A stretch of 64,000 bases of DNA from Thermodesulfobacteriota bacterium. GTDB lineage: Bacteria > Desulfobacterota_D > UBA1144 > Nemesobacterales > CSP1-2. Where the stretch lies: the NCBI GenBank assembly GCA_049682815.1, contig JBAUII010000078.1, positions 37,763 to 101,762 of the forward strand. The letters are read 5' to 3'. The notes under the pieces were generated by a model, which saw nothing but the letters and a program-made list of their open reading frames with translations, did not search any database and was not told where the DNA came from. Of this stretch, positions 47,248 to 59,808 are shown piece after piece. Numbering within the stretch: position 1 is the stretch's first letter; the number at the start of each line of letters is the position of its first letter. Made by a program: the position numbers and the translations under genes.

Positions 47248-48239
47248 ATATGAGCACGAGTATCGGATTTTGGGGTACAGCGTGGACAGAATTCAAAAAA
47301 GATAGGCTTGCGTTGGCCGGTTTCATCATAATACTGTTTTTATTAGCAACTGCAATCTTCGACAATTTTTTAGCAGGAAACAGGCCCATATTTCTAAGGT
47401 GGAACGGCAAAATTTATTTTCCGGTGTTGTTTGATTATCAGGAGCTCTACGGTGTTGATTTCGAGAAAGTTAACAAGAATCTCGGCCAGGGAGAATTTGC
47501 CATATTTCCTCCGATAAGATATAGCCCGACACAAACCGATCTTTTTTCTGTACTTTCATCTCCGTCGATGTCTCATCTATTCGGGACTGACGATAGGGGT
47601 CGTGACGTGCTTAGCAGGATGATACACGGAGCGAAGATATCGCTCTCCATCGGGTTTGTGTCTATTGGGATCGCTGCTATTATCGGTATTGTATTAGGTG
47701 GCATAGCCGGTTTTTATGGAGGCAAGATTGACTTCATAGTTTCAAGGCTATTTGAAATCATGATGACATTTCCGGTCTTTTTTCTAATCCTGACGATTCT
47801 AGCATTCAGGAACCCGAGCATCTACAATATAATGATAGTCATTGGTGCAACCGGCTGGACTGGAATTGCGCGGTTAGTAAGGGGGGATTTCTTAAAGTTG
47901 AGGAAGTTCGCTTATGTTGAGGCTGCAATAGCTCTCGGGGGCAGCGATTTCCGTGTTATGTTAAAGCATATGTTGCCGAACGCGTTAGCTCCGGTGCTTG
48001 TTGCCGCAACTTTTGGTGTAGCAGGAGCGATTTTGGTCGAATCGGCTCTCAGCTTTCTGGGATTCGGCGTCCCTCCACCTACCCCGAGTTGGGGGGATGT
48101 TTTATCACAGTCGAAGAAATATGTGGACTTTGCCTGGTGGCTTGTCCTGTTTCCCGGGGCAGCTATTTTTCTTACCGTAACTTCGTTCAATCTGGTTGGA
48201 GAAGGTTTTAGGAATGCCATCGATCCAAAAATAAGATGA
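47244..48239 (+). CDS. ABC transporter permease (DppC/OppC-like)
   Basis: Polytopic permease overlapping the upstream gene by 4 nt. Confidence 0.85.
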   Translation: MNMSTSIGFWGTAWTEFKKDRLALAGFIIILFLLATAIFDNFLAGNRPIFLRWNGKIYFPVLFDYQELYGVDFEKVNKNLGQGEFAIFPPIRYSPTQTDLFSVLSSPSMSHLFGTDDRGRDVLSRMIHGAKISLSIGFVSIGIAAIIGIVLGGIAGFYGGKIDFIVSRLFEIMMTFPVFFLILTILAFRNPSIYNIMIVIGATGWTGIARLVRGDFLKLRKFAYVEAAIALGGSDFRVMLKHMLPNALAPVLVAATFGVAGAILVESALSFLGFGVPPPTPSWGDVLSQSKKYVDFAWWLVLFPGAAIFLTVTSFNLVGEGFRNAIDPKIR

Positions 48240-48273
48240 ATTAATGGCATGGGAATCGATTTTGTAGCTTGAT

Positions 48274-49257
48274 ATGAAGAATGCTCTCGAAATAAAAGAC
48301 CTGAAGGTTTCATTTGGACCCAGAAAAAGCAAAGTGGAGGTTGTAAGCGGAGTTTCGCTTCGTATACCAGAGGGTAAGATTGTAGGAGTAGTGGGAGAAA
48401 GCGGTTGCGGTAAGACGGTAACCGCTCTTTCAATCATGAGGTTAATACCCGACCCTCCTGGGAAAATTACTGGAGGAGAGATAACCTTCGATGGGGTAAA
48501 TCTGTTAGAACTATCGGAAAGCGATATTAGGGCTCTGCGTGGGAATAGAATTTCCATGATCTTCCAGGAGCCGATAAGCTCCCTTAACCCTGTTTTCCCG
48601 GTGAGTGATCAGATCGGTGAAGCTATAAGGACCCATCTTAAGTTATCAAAAAAGGAAGAAAGAGAACGGGTAATTGAGCTGCTGAGGCTTGTCGGTATAC
48701 CAGCGCCCGAGAAAAGACTGAATAGCTATCCACATGAGTTGAGTGGTGGGATGTGTCAGAGAGTTATGATCGCCATGGCTCTTGCGTGTCATCCGCAGCT
48801 TCTCATCGCGGATGAACCCACTACTGCGCTCGACGTGACGATTCAAGCCGGAATTCTTGAATTGATCGATGAGCTTAAAGAAAAGATGGGCATGTCTGTC
48901 CTGTTGATAACTCACGATCTTGGAATTGTTGCGGAGGTTGCCGATTATGTTTATGTTATGTATGCTGGGAAGATTGTTGAGCATGCTTCTGTAATTGATC
49001 TGTTTGATTCACCATCCCATCCTTATACAATAGGGCTGATGAACTCGATCCCGCGCTTGAATGACCAAAAGCAAAAACTAAACGCGATTCCAGGTACGAT
49101 ACCGAGCCCACATGAATTCCCATCGGCTTGTAGGTTCCAAGATCGATGTCCGTACGTGATAGATAAATGTAGGATCAACGAACCTCCCCTTGAACAGGTA
49201 AATAAAATGCATTATGCCGCATGTTTTAGGTCCGAAGAATTGATCGAAGGTCTATAA
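48274..49257 (+). CDS. ABC transporter ATP-binding protein (DppD/OppD-like)
   Basis: Walker A GESGCGKT, LSGGMCQR signature and a C-terminal oligopeptide-type extension. Confidence 0.9.
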   Translation: MKNALEIKDLKVSFGPRKSKVEVVSGVSLRIPEGKIVGVVGESGCGKTVTALSIMRLIPDPPGKITGGEITFDGVNLLELSESDIRALRGNRISMIFQEPISSLNPVFPVSDQIGEAIRTHLKLSKKEERERVIELLRLVGIPAPEKRLNSYPHELSGGMCQRVMIAMALACHPQLLIADEPTTALDVTIQAGILELIDELKEKMGMSVLLITHDLGIVAEVADYVYVMYAGKIVEHASVIDLFDSPSHPYTIGLMNSIPRLNDQKQKLNAIPGTIPSPHEFPSACRFQDRCPYVIDKCRINEPPLEQVNKMHYAACFRSEELIEGL

Positions 49258-50226
49258 ATGGAAATTCCTGCGCTTATAAGATTGGACAAACTAAAAAAGT
49301 ACTTTCCTGTTAGAACCGGAATATTTTCAAGCAAGGGTAATTCTATCAGAGCCGTTGATGGAATTGATCTCGATATCTATAAAGGCGAAACCCTCGGACT
49401 TGTGGGTGAGAGTGGATGCGGAAAGACTACCCTTGGGAAGACAATTATAAAGCTAATAGAGCCCACTGAAGGTCGCATATTCTATGATGGTGACGATATA
49501 ACGCAATACAGCACTGCGAAAATGCGTCATCTAAGGCGATATGTACAGATAATCTTTCAGGATCCATATGGCTCGCTAAATCCTAGAATGAAGGTCGAAA
49601 GCATAGTCGGCGAAGGGATACTCATTCATGGGATAGATATTACAAGATCCTATAAGGACGAGACCAAACGACTCATCGAGATAGTGGGTCTGAAGCAAGA
49701 CGCACTTACACGCTATCCACATGAATTCAGTGGTGGCCAACGTCAGAGGATAGCCATTGCACGTACGCTTGCCGTAAGACCTAGATTTATCGTCTGCGAC
49801 GAGCCTGTCTCTGCGCTCGATGTCTCGGTACAGGCACAGATTATAAACCTCCTAATATCTCTACAGGAAAAATTTAATCTTACTTATCTATTCATATCTC
49901 ACGATCTGAGAATAATAAAGCACATTAGCAATAGGGTCGCTGTGATGTATCTTGGTAAAATAGTGGAACTCGCGACAAGCAAAGAGCTTTACAAGAATCC
50001 GCTGCATCCGTATACGAAGGTTATACTCTCATCCGTGCCTTTGCCTGATCCTAGGACCAAAAGAAAAAGGATAACCCTTTCAGGAGATGTACCAAATCCA
50101 ATAAACCCCCCTTCCGGGTGCAGTTTTCATCCACGTTGCCCAATAGCTGTGGAGAGATGTAAGCACGAGGAGCCGGTCCTGCGTGACGCAGGCGGTGGCC
50201 ATATGGTTTCTTGTCACATGGCTTAG
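49258..50226 (+). CDS. ABC transporter ATP-binding protein (DppF/OppF-like)
   Basis: Walker A GESGCGKTT and FSGGQRQR signature. Confidence 0.9.
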   Translation: MEIPALIRLDKLKKYFPVRTGIFSSKGNSIRAVDGIDLDIYKGETLGLVGESGCGKTTLGKTIIKLIEPTEGRIFYDGDDITQYSTAKMRHLRRYVQIIFQDPYGSLNPRMKVESIVGEGILIHGIDITRSYKDETKRLIEIVGLKQDALTRYPHEFSGGQRQRIAIARTLAVRPRFIVCDEPVSALDVSVQAQIINLLISLQEKFNLTYLFISHDLRIIKHISNRVAVMYLGKIVELATSKELYKNPLHPYTKVILSSVPLPDPRTKRKRITLSGDVPNPINPPSGCSFHPRCPIAVERCKHEEPVLRDAGGGHMVSCHMA

Positions 50227-50313
50227 TAATTTATTCACTATACACTTGCAAATACCGAAAGCTATATTATTATTTTATATTTAATCTTTAGAATCTTTAG
50301 AGCATAATACAAG

Positions 50314-50829
50314 ATGAAAATTAAGGTTTCTGATATCGGTAACGAGGGATTAAGTTTAAATCTATCCAAAGAGCCCAACTGGTTGGTAAACGCGCCTGAT
50401 GTAGTCTCGGGTAAGGGAGGAATGCGCATATCTTCAGATTATGAGATTCGGCTCCACGTCTCAAAGGTGCTAAATGAAATTCATGTACAGGGAAACGTCA
50501 TTTTTTCTATTGTTTCTCCATGTTCAAGATGCCTCGATTCTGTTGAATCCAATCTTAAATCGGAAATAAATTTAACTCTCCTGCCACACAGACCTGGAAT
50601 TGAAGGGGATGAGACCGGGGATTATGAGAGTTATGATGGAAATGAAATTGATGTCGGTGGATACCTTAGAGAAATAATCGCAATGTCGCTTCCCGTGAAG
50701 ATACTGTGCGGCGAACAGTGCCGCGGTCTCTGTCAAAATTGCGGTGTAAACCTGAACTCAGCCAGTTGCTCCTGCGAGGATGAATGGATCGACCCAAAGC
50801 TTGCTGTTCTCAGAAACGTAAAATTATAA
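50314..50829 (+). CDS. YceD/DUF177 family protein
   Basis: Acidic protein with C-terminal CxxC..CxxC, immediately upstream of rpmF. Confidence 0.75.
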   Translation: MKIKVSDIGNEGLSLNLSKEPNWLVNAPDVVSGKGGMRISSDYEIRLHVSKVLNEIHVQGNVIFSIVSPCSRCLDSVESNLKSEINLTLLPHRPGIEGDETGDYESYDGNEIDVGGYLREIIAMSLPVKILCGEQCRGLCQNCGVNLNSASCSCEDEWIDPKLAVLRNVKL

Positions 50830-50845
50830 ACCGTGGAGAAATCAG

Positions 50846-51028
50846 ATGGCACTTCCGAAGAGAAAAATTTCTAAATCAAGATCTGCAAAACGCAGAACTC
50901 ATTATAAGCTCGCGCGTCCGGGTTTGTCAATTTGCCCAAATTGTGGTGAAATGAAATCGCCGCATAGGATCTGTAAAAGTTGTGGCTTCTATAAAGGAAG
51001 GACATTTAAAAAAGAACCAGAAGTCTAA
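50846..51028 (+). CDS. rpmF: 50S ribosomal protein L32
   Basis: [17 protein letters not shown].., with a CPNCG..CKSCG zinc ribbon. Confidence 0.9.
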   Translation: MALPKRKISKSRSAKRRTHYKLARPGLSICPNCGEMKSPHRICKSCGFYKGRTFKKEPEV

Positions 51029-51045
51029 GCTTTTCAAGGGCGTGA

Positions 51046-51996
51046 ATGAAGGGCTTGAATTTGATGAAAGCATTTGTATTTCCTGGACAAGGGTCTCAAT
51101 ATGTGGGTATGGGGAAGGATCTCTACAGAACGTTTAAAATTGCGCGAACGACGTTTGAAGAGGCCAGTGATGTAACTGGAGTTGATCTTTGCAGGGTCTG
51201 TTTTGAAGACCGTTATGGGGAGTTGACACATACGATTAATGCTCAGCCGGCAATTGTTACAGTGAGCGTGGCTGCATTGAGAGTGATTTCTGAGGAAACA
51301 GAAATAAAAGCGGATTATGTAGCCGGACATAGTTTGGGTGAGTATACCGCGCTCGTCGCGAGTGAAGCGATGGATTTTAAAGATGCTGTATGGATTGTGA
51401 GAAAACGCGGGGAGTATATGCAGAATGCGGTCCCGTTGGGTGTTGGTGCAATGTCTGCCATCATAGGGCTCCAGAAGCACGAGGTGGAGAAAATCTGTAG
51501 CGAGGCTTCTGTAAATGGGTTTATAGTAACTCCTGCTAATTTCAATGCCCCGAGCCAGACGGTGATTTCTGGCAATAAAGAAGCTGTTGACAAGGCTACC
51601 GAGTTAGCGAGATCGAATGGGGCAAAAAGGGTGATTCCACTTGAAGTAAGTGCTCCTTTTCATTGTCCACTCATGGCCCCCGCAGCGGAAAAACTCCGTA
51701 TGGATTTAGAAAAAATCGATATCTCGAGATATAAAATACCGGTTGTTACTAATGTTGATGCTAAACTAAATACCGACCCGGTAAAGACGAAAGCTACGCT
51801 TGTTGATCAAGTTAAAAGTCCTGTACAATGGTATGAATCGATTAAGCTGTTATACGATATGGGTGTAAGGAAATTTATAGAGATAGGCCCAGGGAAAACA
51901 CTCTCCGGTTTAATTAAAAGGTCAATTCCAGATCCGGTTGTATTAAACGTGGAAAATATAAGTGGCTTAGAGTTGTTAAGAGATAATGACTTTTGA
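51046..51996 (+). CDS. fabD: Malonyl CoA-ACP transacylase FabD
   Basis: FVFPGQGSQ and GHSLGEY motifs. An alternative start lies at 51064. Confidence 0.9.
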   Translation: MKGLNLMKAFVFPGQGSQYVGMGKDLYRTFKIARTTFEEASDVTGVDLCRVCFEDRYGELTHTINAQPAIVTVSVAALRVISEETEIKADYVAGHSLGEYTALVASEAMDFKDAVWIVRKRGEYMQNAVPLGVGAMSAIIGLQKHEVEKICSEASVNGFIVTPANFNAPSQTVISGNKEAVDKATELARSNGAKRVIPLEVSAPFHCPLMAPAAEKLRMDLEKIDISRYKIPVVTNVDAKLNTDPVKTKATLVDQVKSPVQWYESIKLLYDMGVRKFIEIGPGKTLSGLIKRSIPDPVVLNVENISGLELLRDNDF

Positions 51997-52729
51997 TAAT
52001 AAGATTGCTCTAATTACCGGTGCTTCTAGAGGAATTGGTAAGGCGATTGCTCTTGAACTTTCATCACGGGGTGCTTATGTGGTGGTAAATTATCACCGAA
52101 GCGTTTCGGCAGCGGAAGAAGTATCAAATAATATAGTAAATTCTGGAGGAAAGTGTAAAATAAGTGGTTTTAATGTCTCTGATTTCACTCGGGTTCAAGA
52201 GGAAATCGATAAAGTCGCCGAAGAACTTGGGGGCTTGCATATTCTGGTAAACAATGCGGGGATAACCAAGGATGGACTTTTACTGAGAATGAAGGAAAAT
52301 GACTGGGACGAAGTTCTCTCGGTAAATTTGAAAGGCGTTTTTAATTGCACAAAAGCGGCGTCAAAAATAATGGTAAAACAGAGATACGGTAGGATTATAA
52401 ACATAACATCTATCGTTGGAGAGATGGGTAATGTGGGACAAACCAATTACTCTGCATCCAAGGCAGGTATAATTGGGTTTACAAAATCAACCGCTAAAGA
52501 GCTTGGATCAAGGAATATTACCGTAAACGCGATAAGTCCTGGATTCATCGAGACCGATATAACTCAAGATCTTTCACAGAAGATAAAAGACGCTTACATC
52601 GAAGCTATTCCGCTTGGGAGATTTGGAAAACCGCATGACGTAGCGAAGGCGGTTATGTTTCTGGCATCTGATGATGCTTCTTACATAACTGGTGAGGTAA
52701 TAAGAGTGAATGGCGGGTTATACACATAA
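51986..52729 (+). CDS. fabG: 3-oxoacyl-ACP reductase FabG
   Basis: SDR motifs TGASRGIGKA and YSASKAG. Confidence 0.9.
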   Translation: MTFDNKIALITGASRGIGKAIALELSSRGAYVVVNYHRSVSAAEEVSNNIVNSGGKCKISGFNVSDFTRVQEEIDKVAEELGGLHILVNNAGITKDGLLLRMKENDWDEVLSVNLKGVFNCTKAASKIMVKQRYGRIINITSIVGEMGNVGQTNYSASKAGIIGFTKSTAKELGSRNITVNAISPGFIETDITQDLSQKIKDAYIEAIPLGRFGKPHDVAKAVMFLASDDASYITGEVIRVNGGLYT

Positions 52730-52754
52730 AATCTATATTTAGGAGGATGAGAAA

Positions 52755-53006
52755 ATGGCAACTCAAGTTGACCAAGAAATAGTGAGCGCGGTAAAAAAAA
52801 TGATAGCAAGCCAGCTTGGTAAGTCAGAGGATGAGATTACGCCCGACTCATCGTTTATTGAGGACTTAGGAGCAGATTCCCTGGATTTGGTTGAACTCAT
52901 TATGTCAATGGAAGACAAATTTGGGCTTGAAATAGCCGATGAAGACGCTGAGAGTATTGTTACCGTCCAAGATGCTATCAATTTTATCATGGAGCGAAAA
53001 AAATAA
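52755..53006 (+). CDS. acpP: Acyl carrier protein
   Basis: DSLD phosphopantetheine-attachment motif; acidic; 83 aa. Confidence 0.9.
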   Translation: MATQVDQEIVSAVKKMIASQLGKSEDEITPDSSFIEDLGADSLDLVELIMSMEDKFGLEIADEDAESIVTVQDAINFIMERKK

Positions 53007-54244
53007 TGAAAAGAAGGGTTGTGGTCACTGGAATTGGTTTGATAACGCCAGTGGGGACTGGAAACAAATTGACCTGGGATGGTATATGTGAAGGCCGATC
53101 GGGTGTGCGAACTATCCAAAAATTTGATCCTGTAGCTGCTGACTTGAAAACACACATTGCTGGCGAGGTTCTGGATTTTGACCCGAATGATTTTATGGAT
53201 GCTAAGGATTTGAAAAAAGCAGATCGATTCATCCACTTTGCAATAGCTTCAACTAAACTGGCTCTTGATGACGCAGATCTTGAGATCACGGAAGAGCTAT
53301 CTCCACGCGTTGGAACACTAATAGCTAGTGGAATTGGGGGTATGGAGACACTTGTTAACACTCATTTTGTACTCCTGGAAAAAGGACCAAATCGTATATC
53401 TCCGTTTTTTATTCCATCGATGATTTCAAATATGGCAGCGGGGTTGGTATCTATCCGTTTTAATGCAAAAGGACCAAATTGTTGTACAACAACGGCATGC
53501 GCTGCAAGCGCTCATGCAATAGGCTATGCGGCGCACATGATTGAAAGGGGCGATGCAGACGTAATGATAGCAGGAGGGACAGAAGCACCTATAATAACAA
53601 TTGCTGTCGCTGGATTTAATGCGATGCGAGCACTGTCGACGAGAAATGACGAGCCGCATAGGGCGTCCAGACCCTTTGATAGGGAGCGTGATGGATTTGT
53701 GATGTCGGAAGGCGGTGGGACTGTAATTCTTGAGGAACTTGACTATGCAAAAAAGCGTGGAGCGAGAATCTATGCCGAGCTTATAGGGTTTGGGATGAGT
53801 GCTGACGCGAATCATATCACGTCACCCACACTTGACGGTCCCATAAGATGCATGAGGCTTGCGCTCAATGACGCGGAATTAAACCCCGAAGATGTAGGTT
53901 ATATAAATGCGCATGGCACGTCTACACCTCAAAATGATGTAAATGAGACGCGAGCAATTAAAGAGGTATTAAAGAGCCACGCCTATAATGTGCCGGTGAG
54001 TTCAACCAAGTCGATGACCGGTCATCTACTTGGGGCTGCCGGGGCGATAGAATCGGCCTTCACTGTTCTTTCACTTTATCACGGTATAATTCCGCCAACA
54101 ATTAATCTGGACTATCCGGACCCTGAGTGTGACCTAGATTATGTACCCAATCAAACAAGGGAACAAAAGATTAAGTATTCTCTTAGCAACTCATTCGGTT
54201 TCGGTGGCACTAACGCGTGTTTAGCTTTCAAAAGATTCGAATGA
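53006..54244 (+). CDS. fabF: 3-oxoacyl-ACP synthase II FabF
   Basis: KAS active-site Cys (TACAAS) and the His/His (HGTST..GHLLGAAG) pattern. Confidence 0.9.
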   Translation: MKRRVVVTGIGLITPVGTGNKLTWDGICEGRSGVRTIQKFDPVAADLKTHIAGEVLDFDPNDFMDAKDLKKADRFIHFAIASTKLALDDADLEITEELSPRVGTLIASGIGGMETLVNTHFVLLEKGPNRISPFFIPSMISNMAAGLVSIRFNAKGPNCCTTTACAASAHAIGYAAHMIERGDADVMIAGGTEAPIITIAVAGFNAMRALSTRNDEPHRASRPFDRERDGFVMSEGGGTVILEELDYAKKRGARIYAELIGFGMSADANHITSPTLDGPIRCMRLALNDAELNPEDVGYINAHGTSTPQNDVNETRAIKEVLKSHAYNVPVSSTKSMTGHLLGAAGAIESAFTVLSLYHGIIPPTINLDYPDPECDLDYVPNQTREQKIKYSLSNSFGFGGTNACLAFKRFE

Positions 54245-54533
54245 TAGAATAAAGCTTAATTCTGTTCCGAACTTGAAACAAATCCGTACCGGTCTTCGGA
54301 GTTCTGGGGAAATTTCATTTTCCATTATATAGTATTAAGAGCAGATTAATTAAAAATGGCAAATAGATATTTGAAACACTCGGTATCGTTAATCAACTAT
54401 TTTCAAACCTTAGAAATTTTGAATTGGTATAATTTGAGTATTTAACGTAATTCGGTATTTTTAAAGATTATACAATTGTGTTTATTTCCCGAAGAGTAAT
54501 TGATTGCAGTTTAAGTTCGTATGGTGAATAAAA

Positions 54534-57221
54534 TTGAGTGAAAATCTGAAGCGAGCGACATACACGAAATTTAAAACAACTGAGGGAGTGATTAACTTCT
54601 ACTCTCTTGAGCTCCTTGAACAAAATTTGGGAATTAATATTTCAAGATTCCCTATCTCAATTAAGATCCTCATAGAAAATTTAATCCGTAATTTTGACGG
54701 GACGACAGTAAATTCCGATCATATAAATAACCTTGCAACTTGGAGTCCTGAAAAACACAAACCCGAAGAAATACCGTTTAAGCCAGCCCGCGTAATCCTT
54801 CAGGATTTTACGGGTGTGCCTTGTGTCGTCGACCTTGCTGCAATGCGATCAGTTGTTAAAATGATGGGTGGCGATCCAACCAGAATCAATCCGATCGTTC
54901 CTGTTGATCTTGTCATTGATCACTCAGTTCAGGTGGATTTCTTTGCTACCTCAGACTCTTTTTCAAGAAATGTAGAGATTGAGTACTCAAGAAACGGCGA
55001 GAGATATGCTTTTCTTAGATGGGCTCAAAGTGCATTTGATAATTTCCGCGTTGTGCCTCCAGGCACGGGTATCGTTCATCAGGTTAATCTAGAATGCCTT
55101 GCAAGAGTTGTAGGCACGAGTGAGAATAATGGCGAAACGGTTGCATTTCCGGATACTCTTGTCGGTACTGATTCACACACAACTATGATCAACGGATTGA
55201 GTGTCCTCGGATGGGGGGTAGGGGGTATAGAAGCAGAGGCGTGTATGTTGGGGCAACCGCTTTATATGCTTATTCCCGAGGTTGTGGGATTCAAATTAAA
55301 CGGCTTTTTACCGCAGGGAGTAACTGCCACAGATCTCGTTTTGACCGTGACAGAAATACTCAGGAAAAAGGGCGTAGTGGGTAAATTTGTAGAGTTTTTC
55401 GGTCCAGGCCTCAGCCACTTGAGCCTGTCAGATAAGGCAACAATAGCAAATATGGCACCAGAATACGGCGCAACAATGGGATTCTTTCCTGTAGATATGG
55501 AAACACTCGGATATTTGAAGATGACAGGGCGAGACAGGCAACTTGTCGAGCTTGTAGAGATCTATAATAAGGAACAGGGATTGTTCCGGACAGATGATAT
55601 GGATGAACCTCTTTATAGCGATCTGATAGAACTCGATATATCTACCATTGAGCCATCATTGGCAGGACCAACGAGACCTCAGGATCGGGTTTCACTAAGG
55701 AGCCTGAAGCAGTCTTATAGGAATAGCTTAAAGGCAAGATTGGGGAATGATAGTGACATAATTGACAAGAGTGTTGAGGTTGAGACCGGCGATGGAAGAT
55801 ACCGGTTATCGAATGGATCGGTTGTAATTTCAGCTATTACAAGTTGTACAAACACGTCGAATCCTACCGTAATGGTTGCTGCTGGTCTGCTTGCAAAAAA
55901 GGCTGTTGAACGTGGTATTAGTGTTAATCCTACAGTTAAAACAAGCCTTGCCCCTGGCTCGAGGGTCGTTACTGATTATCTCGATGCTTCGGGCCTTACT
56001 CCTTACCTGGAGAAGTTGGGGTTTAACCTAGTGGGTTACGGTTGTACTACTTGTATCGGGAATAGCGGGCCACTCCCCGAACCAATTGAAGAAGCGATTA
56101 GAACACATGACCTCACTTGTGCTGCTGTACTGAGTGGTAATAGGAATTTCGAGGGCAGAATTCACCCGTTTGTAAAATTTTCATACCTTGCTTCACCACC
56201 CCTTGTTGTCGCCTTCGGCCTTGCCGGAACAGTTGACATAGATGTTTATAATGAACCTATTGGATATGATCGAGATAAGAATCCGGTTTACCTGAAGGAC
56301 GTTTGGCCGTCACAAGAGGAAATTCGAACCACTATTGAAAGGGCACTGAATCCTGAGCTCTTTAGAGCTCAATACTCACATGTCTTTGAAGGTGACAACA
56401 CTTGGAAATCCTTATCTACTCCAGAGGGAGGACAATATAGGTGGGACCCCGGATCAACTTACATACAAGAGCCGCCGTACTTTTTTGACTTCTCTCATGA
56501 ACTACCAAAACTCAACGACATAAAGTCTGCAAAGGTGCTGGCACTTCTGGGAGATTCGGTTACAACCGACCACATTTCGCCGGCCGGGTCTATACCAAAA
56601 GATGGTCCTGCGGGAAAATTCTTGATTGAACACGGCGTTAAACAACTTGACTTTAATAGCTTTGGATCTCGTCGAGGTAACCATGAGGTCATGATTCGTG
56701 GCACATTTGCTAACATCAGACTAAGAAACCTGTTGGTTCCGGGAGTCGAAGGTGGATGGACAATCCACGTACCAACGGGCGAGAAGATGAACATCTATGA
56801 TGCGTCTAAGAAATATCAGGAAGAAGGCACACCGCTTATAGTAATAGGTGGAAAAGAATATGGCACTGGCAGCTCGCGCGACTGGGCTGCTAAGGGCACA
56901 GCGCTTCTTGGTATTAAAGCTGTAATTGCGGAAAGTTACGAACGGATCCATAGAAGTAATTTAATTGGTATGGGGGTGTTACCGCTTCAGTTTAAGCCGG
57001 GAGAATCACGGGAGATGCATCAACTCTCTGGCTTTGAAGATTATGATATAGTTGGCATTTCCGAGGGGCTGTCCCCTGGTGAGGATATCACAGTTAGAGT
57101 TCGTAATGGGAGCGGAAGCGTGAAAACTTTTAAGGTAATATGCCGCTTAGACGGGCCAATTGAAGTAGAATACTACCGTAACGGTGGGATATTACAGACT
57201 GTTCTCAGGCAAATGATATGA
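54534..57221 (+). CDS. acnA: Aconitate hydratase A
   Basis: 895 aa. The N-terminus is similar to AcnA (YYSL..L..RLP.S.K.L.ENL). TTG start. Confidence 0.9.
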   Translation: MSENLKRATYTKFKTTEGVINFYSLELLEQNLGINISRFPISIKILIENLIRNFDGTTVNSDHINNLATWSPEKHKPEEIPFKPARVILQDFTGVPCVVDLAAMRSVVKMMGGDPTRINPIVPVDLVIDHSVQVDFFATSDSFSRNVEIEYSRNGERYAFLRWAQSAFDNFRVVPPGTGIVHQVNLECLARVVGTSENNGETVAFPDTLVGTDSHTTMINGLSVLGWGVGGIEAEACMLGQPLYMLIPEVVGFKLNGFLPQGVTATDLVLTVTEILRKKGVVGKFVEFFGPGLSHLSLSDKATIANMAPEYGATMGFFPVDMETLGYLKMTGRDRQLVELVEIYNKEQGLFRTDDMDEPLYSDLIELDISTIEPSLAGPTRPQDRVSLRSLKQSYRNSLKARLGNDSDIIDKSVEVETGDGRYRLSNGSVVISAITSCTNTSNPTVMVAAGLLAKKAVERGISVNPTVKTSLAPGSRVVTDYLDASGLTPYLEKLGFNLVGYGCTTCIGNSGPLPEPIEEAIRTHDLTCAAVLSGNRNFEGRIHPFVKFSYLASPPLVVAFGLAGTVDIDVYNEPIGYDRDKNPVYLKDVWPSQEEIRTTIERALNPELFRAQYSHVFEGDNTWKSLSTPEGGQYRWDPGSTYIQEPPYFFDFSHELPKLNDIKSAKVLALLGDSVTTDHISPAGSIPKDGPAGKFLIEHGVKQLDFNSFGSRRGNHEVMIRGTFANIRLRNLLVPGVEGGWTIHVPTGEKMNIYDASKKYQEEGTPLIVIGGKEYGTGSSRDWAAKGTALLGIKAVIAESYERIHRSNLIGMGVLPLQFKPGESREMHQLSGFEDYDIVGISEGLSPGEDITVRVRNGSGSVKTFKVICRLDGPIEVEYYRNGGILQTVLRQMI

Positions 57222-57295
57222 ACAAATGTTGAAATAAATTTATTTTAATATAGATTTTCACTTCTGATTATCTATGACTATTAGGAGCTCTTGCA

Positions 57296-58543
57296 ATGAC
57301 AGCTACAAATCTAAATGAAGGACAAAGAATAGAAATCAAGAAGGACGATGGAAGTCTTATTGTACCCGACAACCCTATTATTCCTTATATTGAGGGTGAT
57401 GGGACTGGCCCGGATATCTGGCATGCTTCTGAGATCGTTTTTGATGCCGCCGTAAAGAAGGCATACGACGGTAGGAAAAAGATTGTATGGCATGAAGTTC
57501 TGGCAGGAGAGAAAGCATTTGTCGAAACCGGCAACTGGCTTCCTACAGAAACCTTAGAAAGCGTAAAAAGGTATATCGTTGCAATCAAGGGGCCCCTGAC
57601 CACACCAGTAGGTGGAGGTATTCGTAGCTTAAACGTTGCCCTCAGACAGCAGCTTGACCTCTATGCGTGTGTCCGACCGGTCAGATATTTTAAGGGTACA
57701 CCCTCGCCAGTTAAAAGACCAGAATTGATGGATCTAGTAATATTCCGTGAAAACACCGAGGATCTTTATGCTGGCATTGAATGGCAGAGTAATTCAGATG
57801 AAGCAAATATGGTAATTGATTTTCTGCGCAAAAACCTGAATGTAACTATAAGACCCGGCTCAGGAATTGGCATTAAGCCGATAAGTCCATTTGGTACGAA
57901 GAGACTTGTAAGAAAAGCTATACAATACGGGATCAAGTATGATAGAAGAAGCGTAACATTGATGCATAAAGGCAATATCATGAAGTTTACCGAAGGCGCC
58001 TTCAGAGATTGGGGATATGAATTGGCAAAAGAGGAATTTGGTGATGTGACCATTACCGAAGACGAGCTCTGGGAAAAACACGGGGGAAAGATGCCAGATA
58101 GTAAAATTCTTATTAAAGACAGGATTGCTGACAGCATGTTTCAGCAGATCCTGACAAGAACAGATGAGTATGATATAGTGACAACGCCGAATCTAAATGG
58201 AGATTACCTATCCGACGCTTCCGCGGCGCAGGTCGGAGGCCTGGGTATGGCACCCGGGGGGAATATAGGGGATCCCTATGCAGTTTTTGAAGCGACGCAC
58301 GGAACCGCACCCAAATATGCCGGCCAAGACAAGGTAAATCCTGGCTCCGTGATTCTCTCAGGCGTGATGATGCTACAGTATCTTGGATGGAAAGATGCTG
58401 CGGACCTGATTGTCAAGGCTTTGGAAAAAACAATCATTGACAAAACCGTAACATACGATCTCCATAGACAGATCGAAGGCGCAACCCTTCTTAAGTGTTC
58501 AGAGTTTGGTGAGAAGATTGTAGAAAACATGGATCGGGTTTAA
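57296..58543 (+). CDS. icd: Isocitrate dehydrogenase (NADP-dependent, homodimeric type)
   Basis: 415 aa with IcdA-like motifs ([18 protein letters not shown]). Confidence 0.9.
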   Translation: MTATNLNEGQRIEIKKDDGSLIVPDNPIIPYIEGDGTGPDIWHASEIVFDAAVKKAYDGRKKIVWHEVLAGEKAFVETGNWLPTETLESVKRYIVAIKGPLTTPVGGGIRSLNVALRQQLDLYACVRPVRYFKGTPSPVKRPELMDLVIFRENTEDLYAGIEWQSNSDEANMVIDFLRKNLNVTIRPGSGIGIKPISPFGTKRLVRKAIQYGIKYDRRSVTLMHKGNIMKFTEGAFRDWGYELAKEEFGDVTITEDELWEKHGGKMPDSKILIKDRIADSMFQQILTRTDEYDIVTTPNLNGDYLSDASAAQVGGLGMAPGGNIGDPYAVFEATHGTAPKYAGQDKVNPGSVILSGVMMLQYLGWKDAADLIVKALEKTIIDKTVTYDLHRQIEGATLLKCSEFGEKIVENMDRV

Positions 58544-58641
58544 ATGTGAAATAGGTACAGAATTTAATCTCGTCTAAAATTTGGATTCTTAATCTAGTCA
58601 CAGACAGCAATTTAAGAATGAAATCAATCATTGGAGGGTGA

Positions 58642-59586
<945 letters not shown>

Positions 59587-59808
59587 GATTTAAAATCAGA
59601 GTAAGTTATTCTGAAATAAGAATAATCAGACCGAACCACTGTTTTTTAGAATGACATGGATTTCTTATTGCAAGGTTTAACTTCCGCCTTCTTGACTTTC
59701 CATATAAAATTATTATACTTTGACCCCCGAGTATGTGGGAATGAGTTACAAATCTCCTCGTCTCGTTTAGATTCGTTCAACTTCACAAGAAAAATAGGAT
59801 AAATAAAG

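Noticed and set aside
51034-51480. 148-aa minus-strand ORF overlapping fabD
   Set aside because: Antisense to fabD (FVFPGQGSQ, GHSLGEY); no independent support.
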